From positions 1 through 53,300 of the forward strand of contig DATIDQ010000102.1 in the NCBI GenBank assembly GCA_035456205.1: a stretch of DNA of 53,300 nt. The letters are read 5' to 3'. This document shows positions 7,993-18,390 of this stretch, in pieces. The notes below the pieces were generated by a model, which was given only the letters and a program-made list of their open reading frames with translations, was not told the DNA's origin and did not search any database. The stretch comes from Pseudomonadales bacterium. GTDB lineage: Bacteria > Pseudomonadota > Gammaproteobacteria > Pseudomonadales > UBA7239. Made by a program: the position numbers and the translations under genes. How positions within the stretch are numbered: the stretch's first letter is position 1; every line of letters begins with the position of its first letter.

Positions 7993-9552
7993 TTATTCGG
8001 TTCCAATGGCGGAAGAGTTTTCACGATGCGACATGTGTTCTGATAGCCACGGTACCAGTTTTTTCAAGCTATCCAGTAAGCCGGTTGCCGGTTGCTCATT
8101 GGGTGTTTCAGATGCCGGTTTTTCTGCGGGTAATGTTGATGCGTTGAGCGCCTGCTGGAATTGTGCGTTGGATAATAATTGCATTACAGATTGATCCAGC
8201 GCTTGCGAATACACTTCCTCGATATCGCCGTTAACCTGTAAATTGCCGGCGTTACTTTCTGTACGGGTGGTAAATAATTGTGTGCCATCGGAGGAAAACA
8301 ATATCCAGTCGAGATTCAGCTGCAATTGATAACGTTTGTAAGATGAATACGTCACCGATTTTGGCCCATAGGTATTCGAGGATTCATACGTCTCGGGTGC
8401 GCAAGCTTCCAGATACAGGCGTGATACCTGCATTTGCAAAAGCAAACCCTTGATGCGGCGTTGTGTTGCCAGTGCGTTATCGGGGTCGGCTTGCCGTGTC
8501 GTGTAATCAAAATTAGTAAATGATTTTGCGGCGATGTTAGAAATTTTCTGTGTGTCTGGCGCCAGTGATGCGCGCAGGTTGCGGATATCCGGCCACTGTA
8601 GCGGTGTCGTGTTGCGGCAGAACTGACCTGCACGCAGAACGCCCATTTGTTGGCGAGTGTCGGTTAGTGGTAATGCAGTGACTACTATCGGAGAAAGATG
8701 TTGTTGTGGGTTGCGCATCAACAATTTGCGTGCGGCTAATGTATCAACCGGTGCGCTGGGTGCAGGCAAGGCTTGCGACGTGGCCGCTTGAAAAGCTTTG
8801 TCATTTAGTAAGAGTACTGTCGCCTCGGTGATGGCCTCCCGCCAGGTGGTAATAATATTTTCCGGATTGGTGAGGCTGCCGCTTTTGCCGCTGCTGCGGC
8901 CGCGATAAATAACTTTGCCATCCGGTGTAGCCAGTTCCCAGTCCAGTGAGAGAGTGATTTGTGCGCGATCAAACTCAATGGGCAAAACATTTTCCGGGTG
9001 TAAAAAAATATTTGCTGTTTGTTGTCTTGGGGTACACGCCTTGATATCGGCACTGGTAACAACGGTAGTCAGCAACAGTCCGTCACGGTTGCTGCCAGCA
9101 AACTGGTCTGGTGTCAGGTTGGGTTGTAATGGGTAGCCGAACTGGCCAAGCGTCTGCATCAACATTTCTGTTGTTTTTCCGCCATCAGGCACCAGATCCG
9201 GGTGAAAGTTATAGGCATCCGGCCAGTATATCGGCATGGCTTGCAGGCAATGGGTTCCAAAGTGATAGCTGCCAATAGCGCGCTTTTCTTTGGGTAATTC
9301 ACGTGTATAGATAATCAACCTGGGTTTTATATTGGCCGCCGGCGCTGGCAGATCGTCGGTGTCATGTAGCGGTGCAGGAATATTCACGACGCTGGCTTTG
9401 TCAGCAGCTTTATCGGGCTTGTCTCCGTAATGCGTGCGACCTTGTTCATCTACCCATTTGTACAGCTCTGCGTGACAGGGCATTACTGCAGCCATCGTCA
9501 ATATGTATGCAGCGATTACAGCAGCGAGTCGATTAATTTTTATCAGGTTCAT
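7993..9552 (-). CDS. Exported DUF4124-domain protein with two tandem internal repeats of about 190 aa
   Basis: The ATG at 9552 follows GGAAG. The N-terminus is hydrophobic and is followed by ELYKWVDEQGRTHYGDKP.
Two collinear repeats share these elements:
- C...WPD: HCLQAMPIYWPD and FCRNTTPLQWPD.
- A second Cys: IKACTP and LEACAP.
- L.LDW...DG: LSLDWELATPDGKVIY and LNLDWILFSSDGTQLF.
- A LL(N/S)..FQ tail. Confidence 0.75.
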   Translation of the reverse strand: MNLIKINRLAAVIAAYILTMAAVMPCHAELYKWVDEQGRTHYGDKPDKAADKASVVNIPAPLHDTDDLPAPAANIKPRLIIYTRELPKEKRAIGSYHFGTHCLQAMPIYWPDAYNFHPDLVPDGGKTTEMLMQTLGQFGYPLQPNLTPDQFAGSNRDGLLLTTVVTSADIKACTPRQQTANIFLHPENVLPIEFDRAQITLSLDWELATPDGKVIYRGRSSGKSGSLTNPENIITTWREAITEATVLLLNDKAFQAATSQALPAPSAPVDTLAARKLLMRNPQQHLSPIVVTALPLTDTRQQMGVLRAGQFCRNTTPLQWPDIRNLRASLAPDTQKISNIAAKSFTNFDYTTRQADPDNALATQRRIKGLLLQMQVSRLYLEACAPETYESSNTYGPKSVTYSSYKRYQLQLNLDWILFSSDGTQLFTTRTESNAGNLQVNGDIEEVYSQALDQSVMQLLSNAQFQQALNASTLPAEKPASETPNEQPATGLLDSLKKLVPWLSEHMSHRENSSAIGTE

Positions 9553-9573
9553 CAATACTTCCAAAGGTTGCGG

Positions 9574-10434
9574 CTATTTGATGCTGAGAAATGGCACTGC
9601 AGAACCGGGAACCATGGTATTGGGTAATTTCCCGTCCCATTTTTCGGCCTGGATTAATGCGACTAATGCAGGGTTATCGCGTAACGCAGCACCTTTTGCC
9701 TGTATTGCTGAAGCTTCGGCCGCGCCGCGCATTTCAATCGCTTTGGCCTGTGCAGTAGCCTGGGCCAGTTGGGCGTCTGCTTCCGCTTGTGCTTTGGTGC
9801 GGGTGATATCGGCAGAGACTTTTTCTTTTTCCCAGTTCTGTTTAACTTTCTGAACTTCAACTTCTGCCAGCATGCGTTGCTCAATGCTCTGCTCGTAGGC
9901 ATTCGAGAAGTCAATATTTTCGATCTGGATAGATTCGATCACCATATCTTTTCCAGCGGCGTCAACAATAGACTGGTATACATCGGTGCCAAATTTTGCC
10001 CGATCCTGAATAACTGAAACGGCGGTGAACTGACCAAATACCTCTTTGGCAGATTTGTTGACCCTTGGTCTTAGCACCCTGTCGATCATGCCTTCTACGG
10101 ATCCGTAGGTGGAGTAGATATCCTGCGTACTGGATGGCAGTACATGAAAATTGACAGACAATTTTATTTCAGCGGGTTGCTGGTCTTTTGAATATGAAGA
10201 CATTCTTTCAAACTCCACTTTCATACTCTGCATGGAGATGAATACAGCACGGTCAATAATCGGCACTTTGAAGTGCAAGCCGGGTTCTGAAGTGCCAATG
10301 GCTGCGCCATTGCGCAAGATGACAGCGCGTTCACCCTGGTCGACTGTATACCAGGATGAGGTAGTGATGATCAGCGCAATAATGCCCAGTATCAGTGGTA
10401 TAACAATTTTTATTTTCTGGCTTTCATTTTCCAT
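9574..10434 (-). CDS. SPFH/Band-7 (prohibitin-like) membrane protein
   Basis: It has an N-terminal TM helix (IVIPLILGIIALIITT), an SPFH core and an Ala/Gln-rich coiled tail ending in KWDGKLP. I prefer the ATG at 10434, 7 nt after AAGGA. The track start at 10467 would overlap the polA stop by 1 nt. Confidence 0.85.
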   Translation of the reverse strand: MENESQKIKIVIPLILGIIALIITTSSWYTVDQGERAVILRNGAAIGTSEPGLHFKVPIIDRAVFISMQSMKVEFERMSSYSKDQQPAEIKLSVNFHVLPSSTQDIYSTYGSVEGMIDRVLRPRVNKSAKEVFGQFTAVSVIQDRAKFGTDVYQSIVDAAGKDMVIESIQIENIDFSNAYEQSIEQRMLAEVEVQKVKQNWEKEKVSADITRTKAQAEADAQLAQATAQAKAIEMRGAAEASAIQAKGAALRDNPALVALIQAEKWDGKLPNTMVPGSAVPFLSIK

Positions 10435-10466
10435 TGTGGTTTCCTTTTGTAGAGTAAACGGTTGCA

Positions 10467-13241
10467 TTAATGCGCCTCATCCCAGTTGTTGCCTGTACCG
10501 GTATCGACTACCAGCGGAACGTGTAAATCAGCAGATTCTTCCATCAGTCGCTTTACATGGTTGCGCAGGGTTTCGAGATCATGTTCTGCCACTTCAAACA
10601 CGAGTTCATCATGCACTTGCATAATCATTCGTGCATCAATGTTTGCATCTTCCAGCCAATGGTCGACCTTGATCATGGCGCGTTTGATAATGTCTGCCGC
10701 AGTGCCTTGCATGGGGGCATTGATAGCTGTGCGTTCAGCAGCTTGCCGCAAGCCGCCATTTTTAGCGTGGATATCCGGCAAATATAAACGACGACCGAAT
10801 AATGTTTCGACATAACCTTTTTCTGCCGCGTGATGGCGTGTTTCTTCCATGTAACGCAATACGCCCGGGTAACGCGAAAAATACAGGTCGATATATTCCT
10901 GCGCCTGCCCGCGTCCGGTCTGTAATTGTTTTGCCAGACCAAACGCCGACATACCATAAATCAAACCAAAGTTAATGGCTTTTGCGCTGCGGCGTTGTTC
11001 GTGCGTGACTTTGTCCAGTTCCATGCCAAAAACTTCAGCGGCGGTGGCGCGGTGAATATCCAGGCCTTTGGCAAAGGCGTCGCACAAACCGGCATCAGCT
11101 GATAGATGCGCCATGATGCGCAATTCAATTTGCGAATAATCTGCGGCTAGAATTTTGTAACCTTTTGCGGCAATAAATGCCTGTCGTACACGGCGGCCTT
11201 CTTCAGTGCGAACAGGAATGTTTTGTAAATTGGGATCGGTGGATGACAAACGCCCGGTCGCTGCTACCGCTTGATGATAGGATGTATGCACGCGGCCAGT
11301 CGTGGCATCAATCATCTGTGGCAATTTGTCGGTGTAAGTGGATTTCAGTTTGCTCAGGCCGCGATATTCCATAATGACTTTTGGCAATGGATAGTCCAGT
11401 GCCAGTTCAGCCAGCACGGCTTCTGCTGTGGAAGGTTGGCCTGTTGGTGTTTTTTTCAGCGCAGGTAATTGCAGCTTGTTGTAGAGAATTTCGCCCAACT
11501 GCTTCGGTGAACCGAGATTGAATTCCTGTCCGGCCAGTTCAAACGCCTGCTGCGTGAGTTGGTGCATGCGTTCGCCGAGTTCAATGCTGTGCTCATGCAG
11601 GATTTTCGCATCCACCAACACGCCATTTCTTTCGATTTTTGATAACACGGGTATCAACGGGATTTCGATGTTCTCGAATACGGATTGCAATGATGGTTCG
11701 GCAGTGAGTTGTGGCCACAAAGTTTCGTGCAAGCGCAGCGTGATGTCCGCATCTTCAGCGGCATAGAAAGACGCTTTCTCCAGATCAATCTGGTTGAATG
11801 TCAGTTGGTTTGCACCTTTGCCGGCAATGTCTTCAAAACCGACTGTGGTGTAGTCGAGATATTTTAATGCCAGTGCATCCATATTGTGGCGTGTGGCGAC
11901 AGAATCCAGTATGTAGGACTCCAGCATGGTGTCATAGGCAACGCCGCGCAGTGTAATACCGGCGCGTGCCAGTACATTCATATCGTACTTGCCATGCTGC
12001 ATCACTTTCTTGTGTTGATGGCTTTCCAGTAACGGTTGTAGCGCTTGTAATGTTTCGCCGCGTGTTAATTGTTCTGGTGCACCGAGATAATCATGCGCTA
12101 CAGGGATATACATTGCTTCACCGGATGCTGTCGCGAATGACAGGCCAACAATATTGGCTTGCATGTAATCGAGCTGATCCGTTTCGGTATCAAAAGCAAA
12201 GCAGGGTGCAGATTCCAGTTTTTTTATCCAGCGTTGTAGCTCTGCCATATCTGTAATGGTTGCGTAGGTGGCTGTGTTTTCTGCTGCTGCCTCTGTTTCT
12301 GTCGTTTTTTCCGGTTCTGTCGTTGTTGTAGGTTCGGCAAAAATATCCTGCATATTCCCGCGTTCTTTTACGGCGGCAATGACATCGCCGCCGCTGCTGA
12401 TTTCATTGATCCAGCTTTTGAATTCCATTTCAGTAAACAGCGCCAGCAGTGTGTCACGTGCCGGTTCGGTGGGCTGCAGATCCTGCCAGTTTTGCGTCAG
12501 TGCAACATCGGTTTTGATGGTTGCGAGTTGTTGTGACAAGGGTAAAAAACTGAGTGCAGCCCGTAGGTTTTCGCCAATTTTGCCGCCAATGTTATCGGCG
12601 TTGGCCATCACGTTGTCCAGCGTGCCATATTCCTGTAGCCATTTCACAGCAGTTTTGGGGCCGCATTTATCTACACCGGGAATGTTGTCGACCTTGTCGC
12701 CCATCAGTGCGAGATAGTCCACGATTTGTTCCGGTGCGATGCCGAATTTTTCAATCACACCTTCGCGATCCATCACCGTGTTGGTCATGGTGTTCACGAG
12801 CGTGACATGTGGGCCGACCAGCTGTGCCATGTCCTTGTCGCCGGTAGAGATCAGCACTTCGTGTTTGTGTTGACGCGCTTGCATGGCGAGCGTACCGATC
12901 ACGTCATCGGCTTCCACACCATCGACAATCAGTAAGGGCAAGCCCATGGCGCGGATGATGTCGAGTAAGGGTTGCACTTGCGAACGCAAGTCGTCGGGCA
13001 TGGGCGGGCGGTTGGCTTTGTATTCGGCGTACATTTTATTGCGGAAGGTGTCGCCCTTGGCATCGAAGACAACCGCCATTGCGCTGTGTGGGTAATCCTT
13101 GCGCAAGCTGCGCAACATATTCACCACGCCCTTGATGGCGCCAGTAGGTTGCCCTTTGGATGTGGCCAGTGGTGGCAGGGCGTGAAAGGCACGGTAGAGA
13201 TAGGACGAGCCGTCCACCAGTATGCAGTCTGCGTTTTTCAT
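10467..13241 (-). CDS. polA: DNA polymerase I
   Basis: It has a 5'-nuclease N-terminus (ILVDGSSYLYRAFHALP), a 3'-5' exonuclease domain (FAFDTETD) and polymerase motifs (DYSQIELR, RRSAKAINFGLIYG, QVHDELV). The start is taken at the ATG at 13241 (MKNADCILVDG). Confidence 0.95.
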   Translation of the reverse strand: MKNADCILVDGSSYLYRAFHALPPLATSKGQPTGAIKGVVNMLRSLRKDYPHSAMAVVFDAKGDTFRNKMYAEYKANRPPMPDDLRSQVQPLLDIIRAMGLPLLIVDGVEADDVIGTLAMQARQHKHEVLISTGDKDMAQLVGPHVTLVNTMTNTVMDREGVIEKFGIAPEQIVDYLALMGDKVDNIPGVDKCGPKTAVKWLQEYGTLDNVMANADNIGGKIGENLRAALSFLPLSQQLATIKTDVALTQNWQDLQPTEPARDTLLALFTEMEFKSWINEISSGGDVIAAVKERGNMQDIFAEPTTTTEPEKTTETEAAAENTATYATITDMAELQRWIKKLESAPCFAFDTETDQLDYMQANIVGLSFATASGEAMYIPVAHDYLGAPEQLTRGETLQALQPLLESHQHKKVMQHGKYDMNVLARAGITLRGVAYDTMLESYILDSVATRHNMDALALKYLDYTTVGFEDIAGKGANQLTFNQIDLEKASFYAAEDADITLRLHETLWPQLTAEPSLQSVFENIEIPLIPVLSKIERNGVLVDAKILHEHSIELGERMHQLTQQAFELAGQEFNLGSPKQLGEILYNKLQLPALKKTPTGQPSTAEAVLAELALDYPLPKVIMEYRGLSKLKSTYTDKLPQMIDATTGRVHTSYHQAVAATGRLSSTDPNLQNIPVRTEEGRRVRQAFIAAKGYKILAADYSQIELRIMAHLSADAGLCDAFAKGLDIHRATAAEVFGMELDKVTHEQRRSAKAINFGLIYGMSAFGLAKQLQTGRGQAQEYIDLYFSRYPGVLRYMEETRHHAAEKGYVETLFGRRLYLPDIHAKNGGLRQAAERTAINAPMQGTAADIIKRAMIKVDHWLEDANIDARMIMQVHDELVFEVAEHDLETLRNHVKRLMEESADLHVPLVVDTGTGNNWDEAH

Positions 13242-13337
13242 AACATGTCTGGCAAAAAATGAGGTGAGAAGCATAACACCAGCTGCAAAGTTGTCTGTCG
13301 GTGTTATCCTTGTAAATCAAATGTTTTGTAGCATCGG

Positions 13338-15263
13338 ATGACAATGTCGGCAGAAGTACTGTTGCAGCAAGCCCTGCGCGAGGGGCGCTTTTCTACCTCG
13401 GAGACAGGGGAAGGGGATAAGCAAACTAGCGCTACCTTGCTGGCGCGTCTGGTGGGGTTGCAGGATGTTGATTTGGCACCCTGGGAATCTCTTGAGCATG
13501 CAGTGCTGCGCCCGGGGCCTCTGCTGCTGTCGCAGCAAGAAGCCAATCTCCTGTATTTCTGTGACCAGATCTTCGAGCAATGCCATTCGCAAACCGATCT
13601 GGAGCCGGCACTGCTGGATGCATTCATGGCATTGCGTCCACTGATAGCCAGTGTGTTCTTGCGTGATCCCTCTGTGTTAGGTTCGATGCATCATCCGCTG
13701 TTTTCCCTGCTGGATCAGTTGTGGGATGCCGGCCGCTACTGGGGGGCCGATCTTGGCAAGCCGGGTGACAAATACCGGGCGCGCCTTGACGAAATGTTGC
13801 TGCGCATACGCAAGGCCGATCCGTTGGCAGCACCGTTCCAGACGTGGCTGGAAGAACTGTCTGGTCAGTTGGCAAAAGATGCCCAGCGCGCAGAAACACT
13901 GATAGACCGTATTCGCCAGACAGCGCGCGGTACGCTGGCCGGTGAGCAGGCCGAGCGCTTTGTGCGGCAGGAAGTGAGCAAGTTGCTTGAACGCGCTCCG
14001 ATGCCGGATGTCGTGGAAGAATTGCTGAAAGGTCCATTGCGTCATTCGATGAAGGTTATCTACCTCAGTCGCGGTGGAGAGAGTGATGAATGGAAGCAGA
14101 TATCGAGAGCCGCACAGTTGCTCATTGATTCCATGCAGGCGATTGATGCTGAAGCGGATATGCAGCAGGTGTATCAGACGATCCCGAAAGTCCTGCCTTT
14201 ACTATCCAGACAGCTGGTGAGTATTTCTGATGCGGCCGAAATGGAAAGCTGGTTGTCGCGTGTTGAAAAATTGCATATGCAGATTCTGTTGGGCGGCAAA
14301 CTGGAATTGCGTCCGGCACAGCCGTTGTCTGTCTTGAATGAAGAAGCCGGTGTCAATGCGAATATCAGCAGCAGTTTGCTGGAACAGGTCAAACTGATTC
14401 CGGAAGGGCAGTGGTTGATTTATCAACGCGATGATGGAGAAAAATTGCGTTGCAGATTGGTATTAAAAACAGAAGAGGCAGGCCAGTTATTATTTGTGAA
14501 TGTATTGGGTGCAAAATCACTGGAAAAAACTCCGGAGGAATTTGCCTATCTGTTGGCGGCACGCCATGTTCGTTTGTTGGATGCAGACAATAATTTTTCA
14601 CAAATCATGCGCGATACAGTCGCTAATTTCTTGCAACTGTACCAACGCCAGGCGCTGTTGTTGACAGAGGCAACAGAGCGGCAGCGTATTGAAAATGAGC
14701 GTCGACGTCTGGGTCAGGAAAAAGCAAAACGCGAGGCCGAGCGCATAGCCCAGGAAAGACTGGAAGCGCAGGCACGTGCCGAAGAAGAAGCGCGCCAGCA
14801 ATTAGAACGGCATGCCAAAGCAGAGCAAGAGAAAGCGCGCAAGGCGGAAGAAGAAGCACAAAGGCTGGCGCAAGAAGCGCAAAAGGCAGCAGATCAGGCC
14901 AAGACACACGCACTGGCGCAAGCTGCACAGAAAGCTGCTGCGGAAGCTGAGCGTGCTCTGTTAGCAGAAAAGCAGGCGCGAATTGATGAGTGGGAAGTTG
15001 CATTGCAATCTACGCGCACACTGGGCATTGGTGCGTGGGTCGATATCGAGATCAACGGTGAGTGCCAGCGTTGCAAACTGGCCGCAGTGATCAATGCATC
15101 GGACAAGCTGATTTTTGTCGGACGTGATGGGAAAAAACTGATTGAGCCGAAGCGGGATGAGTTGATCAAGTTGATGATTGATGGCAAGGCAAGTGTTATC
15201 CAGCAGGGTGACCAGTTTGAAAATTCATTGGCCAAAGTTATCCAGACCTTGCGTAAGGATTAA
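13338..15263 (+). CDS. Large alpha-helical protein, DUF1631-like, with a charged coiled-coil segment of about 130 aa
   Basis: The ORF is 641 aa and divergent from polA. The family call rests on my recollection of DUF1631 (size, GAWVDIEINGECQRCKLAAVINASDKLIFVGRDGKKL module, PilZ neighbour) and needs an HMM search. The E/A/R/K/Q-rich coil spans roughly 14650-15000. Confidence 0.6.
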   Translation: MTMSAEVLLQQALREGRFSTSETGEGDKQTSATLLARLVGLQDVDLAPWESLEHAVLRPGPLLLSQQEANLLYFCDQIFEQCHSQTDLEPALLDAFMALRPLIASVFLRDPSVLGSMHHPLFSLLDQLWDAGRYWGADLGKPGDKYRARLDEMLLRIRKADPLAAPFQTWLEELSGQLAKDAQRAETLIDRIRQTARGTLAGEQAERFVRQEVSKLLERAPMPDVVEELLKGPLRHSMKVIYLSRGGESDEWKQISRAAQLLIDSMQAIDAEADMQQVYQTIPKVLPLLSRQLVSISDAAEMESWLSRVEKLHMQILLGGKLELRPAQPLSVLNEEAGVNANISSSLLEQVKLIPEGQWLIYQRDDGEKLRCRLVLKTEEAGQLLFVNVLGAKSLEKTPEEFAYLLAARHVRLLDADNNFSQIMRDTVANFLQLYQRQALLLTEATERQRIENERRRLGQEKAKREAERIAQERLEAQARAEEEARQQLERHAKAEQEKARKAEEEAQRLAQEAQKAADQAKTHALAQAAQKAAAEAERALLAEKQARIDEWEVALQSTRTLGIGAWVDIEINGECQRCKLAAVINASDKLIFVGRDGKKLIEPKRDELIKLMIDGKASVIQQGDQFENSLAKVIQTLRKD

Positions 15264-15285
15264 AGTCTATGGAGGATGTTTTTTT

Positions 15286-15675
15286 ATGAAAGATGCCATG
15301 GGATTATGTAATCGCAGTGAATTGCGTATCTGCAAAGAAGTGGCGGTTTTTGTCGAGACACATTCATCGCCTGCTGGCGATGCGCGCAGTCCGAACATCA
15401 TAGTGTCCAAAACGGTAGATATATCAGCGAATGGTTTGCAGATTGTGATGGATAAGCCGGCGGCGCCTGGCAGCATCTTGCAAGTGTGTGTGGAATTTAC
15501 TGGCCATCCAACGCACTACCATCTGACGGGTGAAGTGAAGTGGGTGGCGAAAATCGGCCGTGAAAATGATTTTCTGGTCGGTTTTTTATTGCTGGAATCA
15601 GACCAGACTGATATCGAGATCTGGAAGCATCGCGTAGCGATGCTGATGGAAGATCCTGCTAACCAGGTGCATTGA
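15286..15675 (+). CDS. PilZ-domain protein (c-di-GMP receptor motifs present)
   Basis: The ATG at 15286 lies 9 nt after GGAGGA. It has an RxxxR motif (RSELR) and a DxSxxG motif (DISANG). The upstream part of the track ORF (15178 onward) overlaps the previous gene. Confidence 0.7.
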   Translation: MKDAMGLCNRSELRICKEVAVFVETHSSPAGDARSPNIIVSKTVDISANGLQIVMDKPAAPGSILQVCVEFTGHPTHYHLTGEVKWVAKIGRENDFLVGFLLLESDQTDIEIWKHRVAMLMEDPANQVH

Positions 15676-16900
15676 CAGATATTGCATCGCTGGCTCGCAT
15701 TGCACGCGCCACCCAGCCCAGACATAGCAGCGCTAATCCACCCATCGCCAGAAAAAATGATGGCGCACCCAATTGCTCTGCTATTGCGCCACCCGCCAAG
15801 CCCAACGTGCCAGATGCAATCATGAATAGCGACATTTGCACGGTATAGTCACCGCCTTCATGCCCTGCACGACAAAATCCCATCATGCCGGCAAACAAGG
15901 CAACGGTAGACATGGCATCTGCCATCTGTTCAAAAATAGCGATACTGAATACAGCACTATCGTTGTTCCAGCCCAGCGGCACCAAAGCCCATGCTGCTAA
16001 TCCCAGCGCTTGTAGCACGCCAAACCAGAATAATGCGCGCCAGCCACCCAGCCAGCGTTCGCACAAACCGCCAACAAACGCGGCCAGCATGCCAGTGATA
16101 GATGCCACCATGCCGACTTGTCCGATGTGCTCCAATGAAAAACCGCTATCTACTAACAAGGGGCGAATCATGCCCGAAGCCATGGAATCGGCAATTTTGT
16201 AGGTGAGTAACACGGGCAGCCACAACGGCATGCCGGGTAGGGTGAATAGCGGTTGCCATTCCTGCCAGAGATTTGCGTGCGGCTTTTGCTCCGCTGGTTT
16301 TTGTACAACAGATTTTTCTGCGACAGGCTCGCGAAAGAACCACACAGGGATCATCAGTAATAACAAACCCGCGGCGAGCCAGCGAAAACCGTTTTGCAAT
16401 CCGACGCTTGCCATCAATATCAATAAACCGTTACCACCTGCGAGCATGCCCAGTTTGTATCCCGCCACCTGAATGCTGTTGCCCAACCCACGTTGTTGAA
16501 CGGACAACATTTTTACAGCCAATGCATCGGTGGCGATATCTTGTGTTGCAAGGCAGGTATTGATGAGCAATGCCGCAAGTAAAAACCACGGCAAGTTTGT
16601 ACTGAACCAGTTTTCAGGATGCAGTAGCGATAACGCAGTCAGGGTGAGTAAGCCGATGGATTGCATCAACAAAATCCAGCGGCGATAGTGGTTATGTTTT
16701 CCTGCGCCGATGCGATCTATTGCGGATGCCCACAAGAATTTGAAAAACCAGGGCAGAGCCAATAATTTTGCCAAGCCGATCAGCGTCAGTGATACGCCGT
16801 GTTCACGCAGTAATGCTGGCAGTGCATGGGCAAAAAAACCTGATGGCAGACCCTGTGCGATATACAGGCTGGATAGTAACAATGCCAGTCTTGGGTTCAT
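15659..16900 (-). CDS. MFS permease, AmpG/PAT-family-like
   Basis: It is a 12-TM-type hydrophobic protein. The N-terminal YIAQGLP...[15 protein letters not shown] resembles the AmpG signature. Its ATG overlaps the cobQ stop (ATGA). Its 3' end converges on and overlaps the PilZ gene by 17 nt. Confidence 0.7.
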   Translation of the reverse strand: MNPRLALLLSSLYIAQGLPSGFFAHALPALLREHGVSLTLIGLAKLLALPWFFKFLWASAIDRIGAGKHNHYRRWILLMQSIGLLTLTALSLLHPENWFSTNLPWFLLAALLINTCLATQDIATDALAVKMLSVQQRGLGNSIQVAGYKLGMLAGGNGLLILMASVGLQNGFRWLAAGLLLLMIPVWFFREPVAEKSVVQKPAEQKPHANLWQEWQPLFTLPGMPLWLPVLLTYKIADSMASGMIRPLLVDSGFSLEHIGQVGMVASITGMLAAFVGGLCERWLGGWRALFWFGVLQALGLAAWALVPLGWNNDSAVFSIAIFEQMADAMSTVALFAGMMGFCRAGHEGGDYTVQMSLFMIASGTLGLAGGAIAEQLGAPSFFLAMGGLALLCLGWVARAMRASDAISVNAPG

Positions 16901-18390
16901 ATTTTAATAAAAGTGTTGAACCAGTCGGGTAAAAAGTATTGCTCGACAGTGTCAGCAAGGCGGTTTATGTCGGCTTCCTGTCTTGCGCGGTAATCGAAGG
17001 ATTCGATATCGCGCAAACCAGCCCAGGCCAACAAACTGGCCAGTGAATCCGTTTGATCAAAAATGCCGTGGACATAACTGCCCATAATCTGGTGATCAAC
17101 GGATCTGGCGCCATCCTGATGGTCGCCGAGATCAATGGCAGGATTGCCTAGTGCCGCACCACTGCTCACACCGCAGTGAATTTCATAGCCGGAAACGTGC
17201 TCGCCATTGGGTAGCAGCGAGCCGTGCACACGCAGCAATTGTTTTTCCGGTTCCAGCACAGTATTGAAATCCAGGAAGCCAAAGCCGCGTGCTGTGCCAG
17301 CTTCACCTTCAATGGCATGTGGATCATCAATGCTGTTGCCCAGCATCTGGAAGCCGCCGCAAATACCCATCAGTTTTCCACCGTAGCGCAAATGTTTTTG
17401 CAAATAATTTTCCCAGCCTTGCATGCGCAAAAATGCCAGATCGGCGCGCACACTTTTACTGCCCGGCAAAATCACCAGATCGGCCGGCGGCAGTGGTTCA
17501 TCCGCCCATACAAAGGTCAGTTCTACCTGCGGATGCAAACGCAATGCGTCGAAATCCGTGTGATTGCTGATACGAGGTGTCACCGGTACTACTACACGCA
17601 AACGTTCGCCATCGCGTTTTTCGCTTTGTTGCTCGACAATGGCATCTTCTGCTTCCAGATGCATGCCATGTAAATACGGCATCACGGCCAATACTTTTTT
17701 TCCAGTGCGAGCCTCCAGCCAATCGATACCTGGTTGCAGTAACGAGACGTCGCCGCGAAATTTATTGATGACAAAACCGATAACCCGGCTCTGTTCGCTT
17801 TCGCTCAACAGATCCAGTGTGCCGCACAAATGCGCAAATACACCGCCGCGATCAATATCCGCGACAATAATCACGGGGCAATCGACAGCTTCAGCAAAGC
17901 CCATATTGGCGACATCGCGGTCGCGTAAATTAATTTCTGCCGGACTGCCAGCGCCTTCAGTAACAATCACATCATACCTGGCAGACAAACGTTCAAAGGA
18001 TTGCAATACGTACTGCATCGCTTCGGTTTTGTAATGGTGATATCCCCAGGCTTCCATATTGCCAATGGCTTTGCCATGCACAATGACTTGTGCGCCGACA
18101 TCGGTATTCGGCTTCAATAAAATGGGATTCATATCGGTGTGTGGTTCGAGATAGCAGGCTTGTGCTTGCACGGCTTGTGCACGGCCTATTTCACCACCAT
18201 CAACCGTCACCGCGCTATTCAATGCCATGTTTTGCGGCTTGAACGGAACAACTTTTACACCGCGCCGTGCCAACACACGACAGATGCCAGCCACTAAGGT
18301 GCTTTTTCCTGCATCGGATGTGCAGCCCTGCACCATCAGGCAATGTTTTGAACGAAAAGAATGTTTTGCACGAAAAGCAATATCACGCAT
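16897..18390 (-). CDS. cobQ: Cobyric acid synthase CobQ
   Basis: It has the [15 protein letters not shown]-loop-like N-terminus and a C-terminal glutamine amidotransferase domain ([10 protein letters not shown] ... HGIFD). The start is uncertain: the ATG at 18390 would overlap the cobT stop by 8 nt, the track gives a TTG at 18459, and 18333 is also possible. Confidence 0.88.
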   Translation of the reverse strand: MRDIAFRAKHSFRSKHCLMVQGCTSDAGKSTLVAGICRVLARRGVKVVPFKPQNMALNSAVTVDGGEIGRAQAVQAQACYLEPHTDMNPILLKPNTDVGAQVIVHGKAIGNMEAWGYHHYKTEAMQYVLQSFERLSARYDVIVTEGAGSPAEINLRDRDVANMGFAEAVDCPVIIVADIDRGGVFAHLCGTLDLLSESEQSRVIGFVINKFRGDVSLLQPGIDWLEARTGKKVLAVMPYLHGMHLEAEDAIVEQQSEKRDGERLRVVVPVTPRISNHTDFDALRLHPQVELTFVWADEPLPPADLVILPGSKSVRADLAFLRMQGWENYLQKHLRYGGKLMGICGGFQMLGNSIDDPHAIEGEAGTARGFGFLDFNTVLEPEKQLLRVHGSLLPNGEHVSGYEIHCGVSSGAALGNPAIDLGDHQDGARSVDHQIMGSYVHGIFDQTDSLASLLAWAGLRDIESFDYRARQEADINRLADTVEQYFLPDWFNTFIKI

